Shown here in pieces: positions 49,699 to 59,130 of a DNA stretch of 64,000 bases. A model generated the notes under the pieces. The model was not told where the DNA came from. It searched no databases and worked only from the letters and a program-made list of their open reading frames with translations. Both the position numbers and the translations under genes were made by a program. Every line of letters begins with the position of its first letter. Positions within the stretch are counted from its first letter, which is position 1. Source of the stretch: Candidatus Hodarchaeota archaeon (GTDB lineage: Archaea > Asgardarchaeota > Lokiarchaeia > Sigyniarchaeales > SOKP01); contig JBHLJY010000010.1 in the NCBI GenBank assembly GCA_048887225.1, forward strand, positions 23,838 through 87,837. Direction: 5' to 3'.

Positions 49699-51171
49699 TT
49701 ACATCAACTCCTCCGAAGTTATAATTCCTAGTACTTTTTTATTATCATCTATGACTGGCAATGCCGAAATGTTATTAGCTCTCATTTTTCGTGCTGCAAC
49801 ATCAAGTGGATCGTTATCAGTTGTGGTAATAACTCTTCTTGTTATAATGTCTTTTAGTTCATGTTTATCTTCTGCTAATGCCTTAGTAATGTCAAAACTA
49901 GTAACAATTCCTTGTAAAGTATTTTTATAATCTATTACAACAATGTGATTGATGTTACTTTTTATAATTTTTTCGGCAACGCTTTTAATATCGCTGTCAT
50001 TATAACAAATCTCTGCTCTCTTTTTTAAATCCTTTACAAATTTAATTTCTTTAGTTTGCTTCATTGGTGTGAATATAGTATCCGTTGGCAATGTTTCAGC
50101 AGGAGGATTCAGAAAAAATTCTCCTTGTTGTATCCACTTTTTAAGAGTTTCAGCAATTTTCTTTGCGTGATAAAACGATGATAATGACGAGCATTTAATG
50201 CTTTTTCCATTCAACTCAATATATCCACTTTTCAATTCTTTATAACTTACCTGCCTGGGTTTTGGTCTGCCTCTTCTAGGGACGCCATAATCCACTACAT
50301 CAGTTAAAAGTTCTTTATCGCTAATTGCTGTCTTTCTGGCTAAACCCTCGTTTAATATAGGAATGGGAATTCCAACCCCAACAAACAATGATGTACCATA
50401 TTTTTCATAGGTAACACCTCGCAAATATTCATCATTCATTTGTTTTAATTCTCCTTTAACAAATAAAGTCCCAAATCTATTCGATGGGTCATGCTGAGTT
50501 CCCTCTCCTATAATATATCCAATCCCGCCCCCAAGAAAGATTCTGGTTCCAATACCGATAGTTTCGTAATTAGGATCGTTACTTAGAGGACTTAATGCAC
50601 CAGCACCAGCAAAATGAGCGTTTCCGTATCGGGGTAAAAGTTTTCCCATATATGTATATAAAGTTCTTTCAGAGCTGTTTACAGCGCATACATACCTTTG
50701 ATAAGCATTTCTAGGATTGCATAAAACAGCTTGGTTTATATCATGAATAGTGAATTCTGTATCTACTTCAGCTAAAGGGTAACAGTCCGTAGTGTAGGAA
50801 GTTCCTCTTAATCTTATTGGTTTTCCAGCAACAAGATCTTCAATCACATGACCACCTCCATATTCGAATGGTCTTAAATCTGCCATTCTCGTACAACCTA
50901 TATAACAATCTACCGCTGCATTACCGTGGTAAGCATGGACATCGTTTAGCCAGAGATGTTCAAATTTTATCGGAGGATCAGCATGTCCAAAATTTAGAAA
51001 AGCACCACTTGAACACATAGGTCCGAAAGTACCAGTTGTGACTACATCTATTTCTTCAGCGGCTACCTTTGTCCCTTCTTCCTCAACAATTTTTACCATC
51101 TCTTCGGCTGTAACTACAACAATATCACCATTTTTTATTTTTTCATTAATTTCTGCATAATTTTTAGTCAA
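49699..51171 (-). CDS. L-aspartate semialdehyde sulfurtransferase (DUF39 + CBS pair; MA1821-like homocysteine biosynthesis)
   Basis: EINEKI..G..VV.TAEE, DVVTTGTFGPMCSSG, YGGGHVIEDLV, NPRNAYQ; C-terminal CBS pair. Confidence 0.92.
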   Translation of the reverse strand: MTKNYAEINEKIKNGDIVVVTAEEMVKIVEEEGTKVAAEEIDVVTTGTFGPMCSSGAFLNFGHADPPIKFEHLWLNDVHAYHGNAAVDCYIGCTRMADLRPFEYGGGHVIEDLVAGKPIRLRGTSYTTDCYPLAEVDTEFTIHDINQAVLCNPRNAYQRYVCAVNSSERTLYTYMGKLLPRYGNAHFAGAGALSPLSNDPNYETIGIGTRIFLGGGIGYIIGEGTQHDPSNRFGTLFVKGELKQMNDEYLRGVTYEKYGTSLFVGVGIPIPILNEGLARKTAISDKELLTDVVDYGVPRRGRPKPRQVSYKELKSGYIELNGKSIKCSSLSSFYHAKKIAETLKKWIQQGEFFLNPPAETLPTDTIFTPMKQTKEIKFVKDLKKRAEICYNDSDIKSVAEKIIKSNINHIVVIDYKNTLQGIVTSFDITKALAEDKHELKDIITRRVITTTDNDPLDVAARKMRANNISALPVIDDNKKVLGIITSEELM

Positions 51172-51307
51172 TTTATCACCAATTTTCTTTTTTATTATAG
51201 TTAATATTATAAACTATATTTTATTTATAAATAATTAAGATAGAAAATATCCATTTATAACATATAATATGTTCTATTTGAATTAAAATTCTTAAAAAGG
51301 AATAAAA

Positions 51308-51868
51308 ATGCCAATACTTCCAGACTTAAAAGAAATTAAGACTATTAGGAGAAAGTTAAATTTAACCCAAGAAGATTTACATAGAAAGTTAAAAATCCCT
51401 CAAGCAACAATTTCAAGAATAGAAAATGGGATCGGAAATCCTTCATATCTAGCTGTAAAAGTAATATTTGACTTTTTAGAACATGAAAGATTAAGGCGAA
51501 AAAAATTAGAGCTAAAGGCAGAAAATGTTATGACTCGGAATATTATCTCAATTAATTCTAAAGCTTCAATAAAAGACGCAGTAATTTTAATGAATAAACA
51601 TAATGTCTCACAAATACCAATCCTCGAAGGTGGAAAAAACCTGGGAAGTATTACATCAAAAAAAATTCAAAAATCTATTATAGATAGATCCGAATTGATA
51701 AATGCCGAAGTTGATTTAATTAAAGAACTGCCGTTCCCTGAGATTGAAGAGGATTGGGAAATTAAAGATGTGTCTAATTTACTTACTAATTATTCAGCAG
51801 TTTTAGTAAAAAAAAATAATAAATATATTGGGATTATTGCAGATGCGGATTTATTACAAATATCATAA
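51308..51868 (+). CDS. XRE-HTH + CBS-domain transcriptional regulator
   Basis: RRKLNLTQ...QATISRIENG..NPS; CBS SQIPI; divergent from the homocysteine genes. Confidence 0.9.
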   Translation: MPILPDLKEIKTIRRKLNLTQEDLHRKLKIPQATISRIENGIGNPSYLAVKVIFDFLEHERLRRKKLELKAENVMTRNIISINSKASIKDAVILMNKHNVSQIPILEGGKNLGSITSKKIQKSIIDRSELINAEVDLIKELPFPEIEEDWEIKDVSNLLTNYSAVLVKKNNKYIGIIADADLLQIS

Positions 51869-51889
51869 ACACTTAGATTAGGAAGATTA

Positions 51890-52303
51890 TTATTTTGCCG
51901 TTCTTTTGTTATATTCGTCAGGTTTTCCTCCATTTTCTATATACTCTGCATATTTCCTCAAACACTCTATAAACATATCTGCTGCTATTCCAAGAACCAT
52001 TTCTTGCTCAGCTTCTTCAAATTCAGCCCAAAGGGTGGTTTCTGTGGCATCTCCCTTAGGATTTAGTATATAACCAAGAGCAGTGATAGGGCTTCCTTCC
52101 TGTCTTGCGGACAATCTCTCGTGAGGTATAGTTTCGACTCGAAAAGAGTGCACATCCCCCACAGTTGATTTAAATAAGTATTCACCTTCACCGAGTTTTT
52201 CTACTTTTTTGACCACTAAATTCCATCTTGCATATTCCATATCATCATCAATAATTTTAAAAATAGTTTCAGCAGACGCTTTAATATCCATTTTTCTTTC
52301 CAT
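51890..52303 (-). CDS. SRPBCC/START-like protein
   Basis: IKASAETIF...WN...C-terminal helix LRKYAE. Confidence 0.7.
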   Translation of the reverse strand: MERKMDIKASAETIFKIIDDDMEYARWNLVVKKVEKLGEGEYLFKSTVGDVHSFRVETIPHERLSARQEGSPITALGYILNPKGDATETTLWAEFEEAEQEMVLGIAADMFIECLRKYAEYIENGGKPDEYNKRTAK

Positions 52304-52454
52304 TTTTGGAATTTCTAAATCAACTCCTTAAATTTTTGATAATTTTAAGAATTTTATTATGTTCCATTGCTTTAAAGTTTTATAAAAATTTGTTGAGTTA
52401 TTTGATGAGAATGAGAAATTTTAAAGATTTATTAATTTAAAAATTAATTTCTAG

Positions 52455-52901
52455 TTAAGATTTACCTCCTTCAATTATTACTAAAATACTGCCAATTATT
52501 ATACCAAAGAAACCAATGAATGGTATAATAACTATATTTACACCCCCCATCCCAGAAGTATTTATAAAGATTGCTAAGCCAGCGTATTGCGATATAAGAT
52601 AAAAAACAATAACAACAATTGAGCTCACCCCATAAGCCCTAACTTGTTTTCCTTCATTCGAAATAATTATAATGCTACACATTATTATTAGTATTGTAAA
52701 AACAATTCCACTAATATCAATAGTCAATATTACTCCAGTAATGCTCATAGTATTAAAAATCATTAAACCAAATAACCAATAAATAATTATTATAGAAATA
52801 TTTGCTGTGCTATTGGTAATAAATAACACTGGTAAAAACACCGAAACAAACTCCATATATCCTCCTATTTTACCTAAATTTGCCATCGTTGTAAAAACCA
52901 T
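52455..52901 (-). CDS. Hypothetical membrane protein
   Basis: Multiple hydrophobic segments. Confidence 0.65.
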   Translation of the reverse strand: MVFTTMANLGKIGGYMEFVSVFLPVLFITNSTANISIIIIYWLFGLMIFNTMSITGVILTIDISGIVFTILIIMCSIIIISNEGKQVRAYGVSSIVVIVFYLISQYAGLAIFINTSGMGGVNIVIIPFIGFFGIIIGSILVIIEGGKS

Positions 52902-52996
52902 ATTAAATCCTGATTTAATAAATACAACAATTTGAGTGCTTATAATTATTTTTATTCAAACTAAAAATCTTTATTAAAATAGAAATTTTAATAGGT

Positions 52997-53953
52997 GTGA
53001 AAAAGTATTCTAGAGAGAAATTATTAAATGCTTCTGATTCAACCCGTAGTTCAATTGCGATTATTTTATTAATATTAACAACAATACTCTGGGGCTCTAC
53101 CTTTATAATTACGAAAACTATAATTCAAGAGGTCCCAATCTTCTTATATCTTGGATTGAGGTTTCTTATTGCTCTTATAGGCTTTGCTCCTTTCTTTCCC
53201 CGTCTAAAGGATATAAATAAAAGAATAATTGTTTTTGGAATTGTTGTTGGATTGTTATATTTTTTTGGGATGGTCTTTCAAACATATGGCCTTCAAACAA
53301 CATCAGCAGGAAAAGCAGGATTTATTACGGGATTAAATGCAGTTATAGTTCCAGTTTTAGCATGGATTTTCTTTAAAAAACCAATCAACAAAAGAATATG
53401 GATCGCAGTCCCTCTATCAGTATTAGGTTTAGCTTTGTTAATGTTCGAAAGTGTAAGTGGTGTAATAATTGGTGATTTCCTTGTTTTAATCTGTGCCTTC
53501 TTTTTTGCTCTTTTTATTATATTTAATGATAAATATGTAAGGCTTGTTGATGTATATTTATATACAATTATTCAATTAATCGTAATTACTTTATTTTGTT
53601 TTCTTTTTTCCCTTCTCATAAACGAGTATAAGTCATATGATTTAATGTCAGCAAAATTAGATTTTTGGCTTATTATGTTGTATATGGGTTTTGTTGTATC
53701 GACATTAACATTCTTTTTTCAAAATTGGAGCCAAAAATATCAAGATCCATCGAAAACAGCTATTATTTTTACTCTTGAACCTGTATTTGCAGTTCTTTTC
53801 GCAAGCTTCTTAATTGGAAGGGAAGTATTATCATTGCAGAGTTGGATTGGATGTGGCTTGATTTTTTTTGCAATTCTTATAACAGTTTTAAAATCAGGAG
53901 AAAAAACAATATTCTCTGATGAAAATAAATTACATTATCAAATGACACAATAA
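52997..53953 (+). CDS. DMT/EamA family transporter
   Basis: LWGSTF, RF, GLQTTSAGKAGFITG, LEPVFA. Confidence 0.92.
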   Translation: MKKYSREKLLNASDSTRSSIAIILLILTTILWGSTFIITKTIIQEVPIFLYLGLRFLIALIGFAPFFPRLKDINKRIIVFGIVVGLLYFFGMVFQTYGLQTTSAGKAGFITGLNAVIVPVLAWIFFKKPINKRIWIAVPLSVLGLALLMFESVSGVIIGDFLVLICAFFFALFIIFNDKYVRLVDVYLYTIIQLIVITLFCFLFSLLINEYKSYDLMSAKLDFWLIMLYMGFVVSTLTFFFQNWSQKYQDPSKTAIIFTLEPVFAVLFASFLIGREVLSLQSWIGCGLIFFAILITVLKSGEKTIFSDENKLHYQMTQ

Positions 53954-54056
53954 GTTCAGAATAATCACATTTAAATAAGTGGAATAATATTTAATAACTA
54001 TCATATTATCATACATATCATATTGTTAAAAATATTTTTTTGTCGGATGACTTATT

Positions 54057-54170
54057 ATGTGTTATTACACAAATTATTGTAGGAAAGAAGATTTATTAAA
54101 AGAAAAAACAACATTAGAAGAAGTTCCTTTAGAAGAAGTAGTTCCTGAACTTGAAACTCCAGAAAAATAA
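54057..54170 (+). CDS. 37-aa acidic microprotein (not in ORF track)
   Basis: Own translation MCYYTNYCRKEDLLKEKTTLEEVPLEEVVPELETPEK*; followed by T-tracts. Confidence 0.55.
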   Translation: MCYYTNYCRKEDLLKEKTTLEEVPLEEVVPELETPEK

Positions 54171-54181
54171 TTAAAACTTTA

Positions 54182-54205
54182 TTTTTTTAATTTTCTTTTT
54201 TTTTT
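54182..54205 (+). terminator. Oligo-T archaeal terminator-like tract
   Basis: tttttttaattttcttttttttttt directly after the microprotein stop. Confidence 0.45.
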
Positions 54206-54398
54206 AATCACTGATTTATAAGAAGAATCGAAAATATACATGATAAATTACTCAATTTTTTATTACCAAACATTTATATTTTCATATTTTTTTTTATATT
54301 AATAATTAGACATATTTAACTAAACAATTCGTGTCTAAATAAGAATATATTTATAATTTGAAATAAACTTTAAACCAAATCAGCTCGGGAGAAAAAAG

Positions 54399-54563
54399 AT
54401 GGCTTCACAAAAATTGAAATCAAAACCAGGAATATATGTTTGTGAAAAGTGTGGCAATTCAATGCTCCCGAGGATGCTTGCCGTAAAAAAATCTAAAACT
54501 TTTAATTTCACTAGAATTCTTCAGTGTAACGTCTGTCGTCATTATATTGAAATAAATAAATAG
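54399..54563 (+). CDS. 54-aa zinc-ribbon microprotein (not in ORF track)
   Basis: Own translation MASQKLKSKPGIYVCEKCGNSML...RILQCNVCRHYIEINK*; GGGAG upstream. Confidence 0.7.
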   Translation: MASQKLKSKPGIYVCEKCGNSMLPRMLAVKKSKTFNFTRILQCNVCRHYIEINK

Positions 54564-54671
54564 ATTTAAATACCTTAAAAATCCGAATATAATTTATAAA
54601 TTTCTTATTAAATAAAATGAAATTAATTAGTAATATCTATAATAATTAAAAATAAATGGGATGAATTCTAA

Positions 54672-55376
54672 ATGCTTTCTATTGAAGGTTGGATTGATGG
54701 AATTACTGCCTCAGGAGTTGTATTAATTGGCTGTTTCATTGGATTGTTTTTCATTTATAAATCGAGAAAATTGGAAGCTAATCTTCTTTTTTATTTGGCG
54801 TTACTTGGTGTATTAGCAGGACTCGCATTCCTAGGCGTGTTTCTAGATTTCTTAATAGTTCTTTTAACAGGTAAAAACATGGATACCCCATATGGAATAG
54901 TTGGTCTTTTAAGCTATATCTGGGTTGCGCCTCTTATCGTACTCGCAATACATATTGGTGGTGAACTAATGACACCCCAAAAAAAATGGTATATTACATC
55001 AATATATATTGTTCTTATGATTGTTTTTGAAGTACTTTTATTTATGGATATAAGGGGATCTTTTAATTTAACACCTCCAAGTAAACCAGGTGAAGCGTTA
55101 ATTGATTATAATCTTAAATTAACATCTTACGCAGGATTTTTAATGATTATTTTTATAGCATCAGTAATAATCTTTTTAGGAATCGGATTTTTGATAAAGG
55201 GAATTCAATCAACAGGCGCATTACGAAAGCAATTTTTATTGTTGTCAATAGGCGTTTTTCTATACGCTGTCTTTGGATTTCTTGAATCTTTAACTGAACC
55301 TGGTTTTTTATTAATTATTATTCGAATTGGTTACATTAGCGGACCATTTGTTATGTATTTTGGCTTGAGAGGTTAA
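54672..55376 (+). CDS. Multi-pass (about 7-TM) membrane protein
   Basis: About seven hydrophobic helices, no soluble domain. Confidence 0.75.
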   Translation: MLSIEGWIDGITASGVVLIGCFIGLFFIYKSRKLEANLLFYLALLGVLAGLAFLGVFLDFLIVLLTGKNMDTPYGIVGLLSYIWVAPLIVLAIHIGGELMTPQKKWYITSIYIVLMIVFEVLLFMDIRGSFNLTPPSKPGEALIDYNLKLTSYAGFLMIIFIASVIIFLGIGFLIKGIQSTGALRKQFLLLSIGVFLYAVFGFLESLTEPGFLLIIIRIGYISGPFVMYFGLRG

Positions 55377-55484
55377 AGTATCAAATTAACAACATCTTTT
55401 TATTTATTCTTTAACTCAAATTTTTTTTATGCTATGGAACATATTCTTTAAATGAATATTAATAAATATTAACTCTAATTTTCA

Positions 55485-56453
55485 ATGCTAAACTATACAC
55501 AATTATGTAATAATATTTATTTAACAAAAGAGCGCAAGAAGAGATTTAATCTTCTAAATAGTATTGTCATTGAGGAAAATAAAAATTCTGGGGCAGTCTT
55601 AATTGATACGAATTATCCATTTGGAGTTATTGATCATCTTTATACTCGAATCAAAAGCCCAGCAAAAGCTCTCATCTTTTCTCATTGTCATACAGATCAT
55701 ATGGCACATGGTTTTTATCATCAAGAGAAGTACCATACACCACTATATTGTCCGGTACAGGAAAAGGATTACATATTATCTATAGATTCCTTGATTGAGA
55801 ATAACGGTTTCAAAAAGCTTGGATTAAAAGAACAATATGTGAAGATGGTACAGGAGTCTATGAAATTTAAAGAAGCTAAAAGCGTTAATATATTCAATCC
55901 AGGACATGATGTCCTCGAATATTCTTCTGTGGAATTAGAAACCATCCATATTCCTGGACACTCTCCAGGGCATACCGCGTTTCTTATCCGTTCCATTCAA
56001 GATGAAGAAAATCGTAAAGTCTTATATGTTAGTGATATCGGGAGTCATCCGTATTACGGCGATCTCAACTGTGATTTAAGAGAGTATCGGAAATCCATAG
56101 CTAAATTAGAACAAATATATCTCTCGGACGATTATATTCTTGTGCCCGCTCATGGTACTGTTTATATCAAAAAAAACGAAGAATTTTTCGAAAGGATTAG
56201 AGCAAGAATTAGAGTAAAAGGGGAGAAAGTTCTAAGTAACCTTAGTAAAACGAAGTCTAAATCAATCAAAGAGCTTGTATTTGAAGGAACACTTTCTGAC
56301 GATCTAGAGCAAATGGAGCAACTGTATAAAGATTTGCACCTCTTATGGGATGGAGGGGAAATTCATCAACATCTCCTTGAGTTTATTGCGCAAGGTATTG
56401 TTGAAAAAACTAAAGAAGTGGACTTCTTAAACGATAAATATATTTTGGTATAA
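55485..56453 (+). CDS. MBL-fold hydrolase
   Basis: SHCHTDH, PGHSPGH, SD, PAHG. Confidence 0.88.
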   Translation: MLNYTQLCNNIYLTKERKKRFNLLNSIVIEENKNSGAVLIDTNYPFGVIDHLYTRIKSPAKALIFSHCHTDHMAHGFYHQEKYHTPLYCPVQEKDYILSIDSLIENNGFKKLGLKEQYVKMVQESMKFKEAKSVNIFNPGHDVLEYSSVELETIHIPGHSPGHTAFLIRSIQDEENRKVLYVSDIGSHPYYGDLNCDLREYRKSIAKLEQIYLSDDYILVPAHGTVYIKKNEEFFERIRARIRVKGEKVLSNLSKTKSKSIKELVFEGTLSDDLEQMEQLYKDLHLLWDGGEIHQHLLEFIAQGIVEKTKEVDFLNDKYILV

Positions 56454-56471
56454 AATTAAGTAGGTTAAGAA

Positions 56472-57890
56472 ATGGCGCAAATCAAAATTGGAATTGTTGG
56501 AGCAGGTTCAGCCGGTTTATTTGCTGCAAATGAACTCGGGAATTCTTATTTAAAAGATATTGAGATAAAGATTTTTGATCAAGGTCCCGAAATTGATAAA
56601 CGTTATTGTCCACTGAAAGAAGAGGAGCTTGCGTGTGCTCAATGTTATCCTTGTAAAATTATGAGCGGAGTTGGAGGAGCTGGGGCATATTCTTCGGGAA
56701 TTTTAAATTTGAATAAAAAAATTGGGGGACGTTTAGGCGAATTATGTGAAAAAGCTAATTTAAATGTTGAGGAGGTAATACAGGGCATAGACGATTTTTT
56801 TGTCCAAAATGGAGCTTCAAATAAAATATTTGACCCCTTTGAAGAATCTAAAAAAGAAAAATTAAAAGAATTAAGAAGAAAATGCGTTTCAGTTGATATT
56901 AGGTTTGTTGCAGTTAAACAAAGATTGTTGGGCTCTAATAATACCCCAAAAGTTATTAACTCAATTCAAAAGCACTTGGAATCAAATTTTAATGTTCAAA
57001 TTATTCCAAATACAAAGATTATAAGATTTGATGAGAACAAGAATCTTTACTTTGAGAATGGTGAAAAAGAGAATTTTGATTATTTGCTTTTAGCTCCAGG
57101 AAGATGGGGTATGATCTGGTTAGCTGAGATTTGTGATAAACTAAGCTTTAAGACATTTTATGAACCTTTAGATATCGGAGTGAGGGTTGAGGTACCTTCG
57201 ATCATCATGGATGAAGTGTGTCATATTCAAAGAGATCCTAAATTTCATATAATAACTCCAACATATAATGATTTTGTTCGAACATTTTGCGTAAACCATA
57301 AAGGTCATGTGGTTAAAGAAACATATGAAAAAAAGATTGCGGGTGTAAACGGACATCAATTTACAACTGATGGAAAATCAGAAAATACTAATTTTGCTTT
57401 CCTTATTCGGCAACGTTTAACGAGCCCTCTTGAAGATACTACCGAATATGGGCGTTCTATTTCAAAACAAACATCAATTTTAGGAGGCTATAAGCCTTTA
57501 ATTCAAACATTAGGAGATCTTCGTAGTGGTCATCGCTCACGACAATCCCTTATTGACAAAAATCCTGTACAACCAACATTAAAAGACTCAACCCCAGGAG
57601 ATATTGCTATGGCTTACCCATATCGTTTTGTTACTGACATTTTAGAGGGTCTAAAAAACCTTGATAAAGTAATCCCCGGGGTAAACAATAATAGTACTCT
57701 GATATATGCTCCTGAGTTTAAGCGTAGTGCTAAAAGCATTGATACAAACAATTTTTTAGAATCAAATCAAATTAAAAACATTTTTTTTGCAGGAGATGGC
57801 GCTGGTTTATCCCGAGGAATTGTAGGTGCCGCTGTTACAGGTATAATTGCGGCAGAAGGGATTATTAACAAGATAAAAAGCAGTTTGTAA
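56472..57890 (+). CDS. FAD-dependent oxidoreductase (COG2509-like)
   Basis: IVGAGSAG, C..C.PC..MSGVGGAG, DIGVRVE, RTFC, VNGH, AGDGAG.SRG. Confidence 0.88.
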   Translation: MAQIKIGIVGAGSAGLFAANELGNSYLKDIEIKIFDQGPEIDKRYCPLKEEELACAQCYPCKIMSGVGGAGAYSSGILNLNKKIGGRLGELCEKANLNVEEVIQGIDDFFVQNGASNKIFDPFEESKKEKLKELRRKCVSVDIRFVAVKQRLLGSNNTPKVINSIQKHLESNFNVQIIPNTKIIRFDENKNLYFENGEKENFDYLLLAPGRWGMIWLAEICDKLSFKTFYEPLDIGVRVEVPSIIMDEVCHIQRDPKFHIITPTYNDFVRTFCVNHKGHVVKETYEKKIAGVNGHQFTTDGKSENTNFAFLIRQRLTSPLEDTTEYGRSISKQTSILGGYKPLIQTLGDLRSGHRSRQSLIDKNPVQPTLKDSTPGDIAMAYPYRFVTDILEGLKNLDKVIPGVNNNSTLIYAPEFKRSAKSIDTNNFLESNQIKNIFFAGDGAGLSRGIVGAAVTGIIAAEGIINKIKSSL

Positions 57891-57974
57891 TAAAGACTTC
57901 AGCCTTTTCTCTTTTTTTATTTGTTTTTTTGAATAATTCAAAAATTTTTTTGACATCTATTTAAAAGCAATTTA

Positions 57975-58115
57975 AAAGAGAAAAGAAGGGTACTCGTAAT
58001 CCAAGCAAAATCTATAAAAATGAGGGAGAGAATTAAACTCCATAAAAGAGTTTAATAGAGGGCGAAATCCAATGTTATGCTTAGATTATCGTTGAATAAT
58101 TTCCCTTCCTTGATC
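57975..58115 (-). ncRNA. Candidate structured non-coding RNA (~130 nt)
   Basis: Three nested helices of 9, 11 and 9 bp whose two mismatches become G-U pairs only on the minus strand; TATA-like AAACTTATAT ~30 nt upstream; U-tract at the 3' end. Confidence 0.5.
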
Positions 58116-58160
58116 TATTATTTATTGTCTTATTAATAAATATAAGTTTATTAGACTTTT

Positions 58161-58179
58161 TATGTTCTATTAGAACATA
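58161..58179. promoter_or_regulatory. Perfect palindrome tatgttcta-t-tagaacata
   Basis: 9-bp arms just upstream of the TATA-like box of the candidate ncRNA. Confidence 0.55.
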
Positions 58180-58289
58180 CAAATCTGGTTATAAAATGAA
58201 ATCAATTTATTTTCACATTTTATGAAAGAATAAGGTCGTATAAAGTCAATTTATGTTTTTAATAAAAAATTTTTAAGTAAATTATTCGT

Positions 58290-59093
58290 TTATAAAAGTT
58301 CTAAAATTCTAATTTTCATTCCATCTTTAGCGGCAATAATTTTCTTTATATTTGTTTGCTCTTTTAACTTTTTTACTTGGCTTGGGACGTGATTTTTTGT
58401 AGATCGTGGTCCATCCATAAAAGATCCGAAATGAGTTATTATTAAACTCTCAAGTGGAGGATTTATTTTGTTTAAAAAAGGAATAACCTCATCTGTGCAT
58501 AAATGCCGTTTACAAGTTATTGAATCAGGTCTTAAAAGATTTAAAATTAAAATATTAACACCACTAAATTGTTCTGTAAATCCATCGAAAACCATGGTGT
58601 CACTGGAGTAAGCTAATGAGTAATCCTTAAGATTAAATCTTATTCCAAATCCCTCAATATTAGGTGAATGAATTACTTTGGTCCCAATTATTTCCACACC
58701 TTTATAATTAAATTTATCACCTGCTTTAAAAGAAATAACATCTTTAAGCATATTTTGATGATATTTTGATATAAACTTAAGAGTGTCTTTTGTTGTTATT
58801 AAAGTCCCTTTTTTAAAGTAATTATAGCTTCGATCATGTAATACCTCTCTTGAGGCCTCTATAATTGCATTGATATCGTTAAAATGGTCAATATGAACAT
58901 GTGTTACTATAAATAATTCTGTTTTAATCGGGTCCTCGTTATATTGATTAATTTTTACAATTGCCCCTGGGCCAGGATCTATGTGTGCTTGAATCCCATT
59001 GAATTTATATAAATACCCTCCTGTGGCTCTATGTTGGGTCCTGATATGATGCCTCCCCCCGCCAGATCCTAGGATAATTAATTCATCTTCCAT
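58290..59093 (-). CDS. MBL-fold hydrolase (PhnP/RNase Z-like)
   Basis: LGSGGGR, IDPGPG, THVHIDH, YSSDT, HL, THFG. Confidence 0.88.
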   Translation of the reverse strand: MEDELIILGSGGGRHHIRTQHRATGGYLYKFNGIQAHIDPGPGAIVKINQYNEDPIKTELFIVTHVHIDHFNDINAIIEASREVLHDRSYNYFKKGTLITTKDTLKFISKYHQNMLKDVISFKAGDKFNYKGVEIIGTKVIHSPNIEGFGIRFNLKDYSLAYSSDTMVFDGFTEQFSGVNILILNLLRPDSITCKRHLCTDEVIPFLNKINPPLESLIITHFGSFMDGPRSTKNHVPSQVKKLKEQTNIKKIIAAKDGMKIRILELL

Positions 59094-59130
59094 TTTTCTA
59101 CAGCTCTAATCTAATTTTAATCTTTTACAA

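Noticed and set aside
57975-58115. Structured element as a SECIS or tRNA
   Set aside because: No AUGA/GA quartet in register, no cloverleaf, and the neighbouring genes have no in-frame TGA
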